Origin: Lama guanicoe
Lineage: Eukaryota
Direction: 5' to 3'
Length of the DNA: 64,000 nucleotides
NCBI GenBank assembly: GCA_013239625.1
Contig: MU054338.1
Location: 1,428,001-1,492,000 of the forward strand
Under the pieces are notes generated by a model. That model made no database searches. It was given only the letters and a program-made list of their open reading frames with translations, and was not told the origin of the DNA. Positions 61,253 through 64,000 of this stretch are shown here, piece by piece. Both the position numbers and the translations under genes were made by a program. Positions within the stretch are counted from its first letter, which is position 1; each line of letters begins with the position of its first letter.

Positions 61253-61395
61253 GAGGTACATGAAGCACAAGCGGGACGACGGGCCCGCGAAGCAGGAGGA
61301 CGAGGCGGTGGACGTGACGCCCGCCATGATCGGAGTCTTCGTGGTCACGTGCTGCTCCATGCTGGTGCTGCTCTACCACTTCTACGACCAGCTCG
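61253..61395 (+). CDS. SPPL2B: SPPL2B exon 6 (RYMKHKRDDGPAKQEDEAVDVTPAMIGVFVVTCCSMLVLLYHFYDQL)
   Basis: Matches SPPL2B; unusual GAG acceptor (alternative AG 3 nt downstream); 143 nt in phase. Confidence 0.93.
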
Positions 61396-61593
61396 GTGCG
61401 CCCGCCCGGGCCCGCCCTGGGGCTCCGCGGGGAGGCCGGGTTGCGTGCTGGCCGCTGTCTCCAGCCCTCGAGGAGGCCCCTCGGGTGGGGCTGCCCCCCT
61501 TTCCTTGGGGAGACCCTCTGGCCCAGGGGCATGGGTGCTCGGGCCTGGGCCAGGGACCCCGGGCCGCCCCTCACTGTCCGCCCTGCCCTGCAG

Positions 61594-61690
61594 TCTATGC
61601 GATCATTGGGATTTTCTGCCTGGCCTCCTCCACAGGCCTCTACAGCTGCCTGTCACCGCTCGTCCAGAGGCTGCCGTTCTGCAAATGCAG
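61594..61690 (+). CDS. SPPL2B: SPPL2B exon 7 (YAIIGIFCLASSTGLYSCLSPLVQRLPFCKC)
   Basis: CAG/GTAAG; 97 nt. Confidence 0.96.
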
Positions 61691-62398
61691 GTAAGCCCTT
61701 GGGGGCAGCCCCCACCTGGCCCTCACCCCCAACTCTGCTTGCGGGGACCCCCCCTTGTGCCTTTTGGCCCATCTGCATCCACGTCCTGTCAGCTGGCCTC
61801 CGAGACTGTGGCTTCAGTGGTGCCGAGGCCTCTCTACTGCGGCCCTCGGTCTGTTGGGCACAGTGCGGGCATACAGCAGGTGCTCACTCAGTGCTGGCAG
61901 GGGGCTCACGGGCCTCAGGCACAAAGCAGAGTGGGGAGGCAGTGGGGGGTGGCTCTCAGGGAGCAGGTGGGAAACTGCAGGTTTAGACGAGGTCAGGTGA
62001 GGGTCAGAAAGCAGGGCTCAGGGCGAGAGCGGTGGCCCGCAGCAGGCCGGGCTATTGGGGCCAGGACCCAACAGTGGGCTCTGGTGCAGGGTTGGCTTAG
62101 TGACTGTCCACTCCCCGCTAAGACCTGGCCCCACCCTCTCTGCCCTGCCCTTGGGAGCCTCCCAGTTAGAAATACAAGGTGAGGGAAGGTGAGTTTCATG
62201 GACAAGGTGAAGGGGAGGAAGTGGGGGCCAGGTGGGCAGGCTGGTGGGGCCCCTCAGAACAGAGCCCTGAGTTCAGCAGGAGGCCAGATGCAGGGAGGCT
62301 GGGGGCGTTGGGGGCAGGAGTTGAGCCGGCCCTCGGGGTGCTGGGCAGAGATGGGGCTGTGAGGGTCAGAGGCCCCTGACACCCCCGCCCACCTGCAG

Positions 62399-62515
62399 GG
62401 TTCCGGACAACAGCCTACCCTACTTCCACAAGCGCCCACAGGTCCTCACGCTGCTCCTGGCGCTGCTGTGCGTGGCTATCAGCGTGGTGTGGGGCGTCTT
62501 CCGGAATGAGGACCA
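62399..62515 (+). CDS. SPPL2B: SPPL2B exon 8 (VPDNSLPYFHKRPQVLTLLLALLCVAISVVWGVFRNED)
   Basis: CAG/GTGAGT; 117 nt; not shown in the ORF track but read directly. Confidence 0.96.
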
Positions 62516-63886
62516 GTGAGTGCAGCCCTGGAGGCCCGGGCAGGGGGTGGTGCTGTCCTCAGGTGCTCTGACCACCCCGAGCCGTCTGACCGGGGCTCCT
62601 GGAGCCGGGCCAGCCCCGGTTATGAAAAGCTCTCCTGTCAGTGCTCTGGACGTGGAGGCTGCACGCCGTCCAGGTGCCGCCTGGGCTCGGCTGACGGCCG
62701 CCCGGCTATGGCTGCCCTGCGGTCGGCCCAGGGACACGGAGCCGTGATTGTAATCTGGACATGGGGTGCCGCCCACACTGCTGCCCGGGCGTCGGGCCGT
62801 GGGCTCTGGGGCAGCCTGGCTGCAGTCCCAGGGAGGTCAGGGAGGCGGGCCTGCTCCCCCAGACACCCGCTTCCCCCGGTCGGCCTCCCCAGTGAGGCAG
62901 CAAGCCCGCAGGGCGGCCCGGCGCCCAGGCACGGGGACACGGCGCCTGTCCCGCCCCCGCCGCCTGCCGTCACTGACACCATCTGGCACTTTCTCCCAGC
63001 TTCTCCGAGGCAGTTAAACACTCTTGGCTGTGCTGCCATTTGGAGCCACAACAGATTTAACTGGCAGAAGGAAAACGTGAAAATATTTTGAGTCTTTTGT
63101 ACACAAAGAGAACGTGAACTCTCGCGGTTAAAGCGAAGCCAGAAGGCTTGCTTCCTCACGTGAAATTAGAAAAGGCTGTGGTGTCCGCCATCTGGGTGCC
63201 TACGCGGCGGCCAAGACCCTGCTCCTTGTCCTGCGAGGCTCTCATCGGCTTAGCTGCTCAGACCCCATGAAGCTGATGAGCAGCTTAAGCAGCCAGGTTC
63301 ATTACGTGGTTTTAACTTGCAAATTCGGAAGTGGCCCCTTGAGGAGTGCGCCCTGTTGAAGGTGGGGCTGCGAAGGGGTCTGCTGTTCCCACAGGGACTC
63401 CAGACCCTGTCCTCAGGGCCCCAGCAGCCCCAAGCCCCTGTTTCCTGAGACAGTCTGTGTGGCACATGCTTGGGTGGAGGTTTCACTTTTCTAAAAGCAA
63501 AAAATTTTTTAAAATATTTCTGAAAGGAAATTTGACTCCAGTGGATGCCCAGTCCCTCACCTCTGCACCCCTGCCCTGTGTCCTGCTATCTGGGTGTGAT
63601 GACATGGCTGCAGAGGGACAGACATCCTCGTACGTGTCTGCCTCTCTCTGGCCTTGTGGTGTCAGGGTCGGGGGTCGGTTCACCCCTGTTCCTACTGGCC
63701 AGTGCTGCCCACCCGTCCCCCTGGGTCTCAGGACCTCAGCTGCTGCCTGTGTCAGCGCCTGTGTCTTCGCAGTTCATGGGGCGGCTTGGACTTGGTGGCT
63801 GAGGTGCTGGTGGGGCAGGGCGGGGCCGGCAAGTGGAGGCTCTCAGTGGAGCTCCATCCCCAGGGTGACGCTGTGCTGCCTTCCAG

Positions 63887-63968
63887 GTGGGCCTGGATCC
63901 TTCAGGATGCGCTGGGTATCGCCTTCTGCCTCTACACCTTGAAAACCATCCGCCTCCCCACGTTCAAG
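63887..63968 (+). CDS. SPPL2B: SPPL2B exon 9 (WAWILQDALGIAFCLYTLKTIRLPTFK); the gene continues beyond the window
   Basis: Conserved WAWILQDxLG motif; CAG/GTGAG; 82 nt. The catalytic YD and GxGD motifs lie downstream of the window. Confidence 0.96.
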
Positions 63969-64000
63969 GTGAGAGCCCTGTTGGGGAGGGGCAGGGGTGC

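Overview
GC-rich mammalian genomic window syntenic to human 19p13.3. It is probably from a camelid, inferred from vic-1-like tRNA-derived SINEs and cetartiodactyl-type L1 ends. Gene order: OAZ1 (+, 5 coding exons, 227 aa via a programmed +1 frameshift at TCC-TGA-T followed by an RNA pseudoknot), PEAK3/C19orf35 (-, 470-aa pseudokinase), LINGO3 (-, one 592-codon coding exon plus a distant non-coding first exon), LSM7 (-, 103 aa), and SPPL2B (+, exons 1-9, continuing past the window), head-to-head with LSM7. Intergenic and intronic DNA is rich in MLT1 LTRs, L1, L2/MIR, MER DNA transposons and SINEs, and there are three N gaps in very GC-rich sequence. The OAZ1 recoding system is established biology. 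The least explained signals are (i) ancient-family repeats with near-identical GC/CpG-rich cores but diverged flanks, including a 165-nt perfect match between MLT1 copies 28 kb apart, suggesting ectopic GC-biased gene conversion; (ii) a ~340-bp mini-L1 joining the L1 5' end directly to the L1 3' end, apparently by splicing; (iii) a loop substitution in the OAZ1 pseudoknot that may strengthen a competing hairpin; and (iv) candidate splicing and translation controls in SPPL2B, LSM7 and LINGO3. Repeat family names and cross-species comparisons come from memory of consensus sequences, not from a database search.
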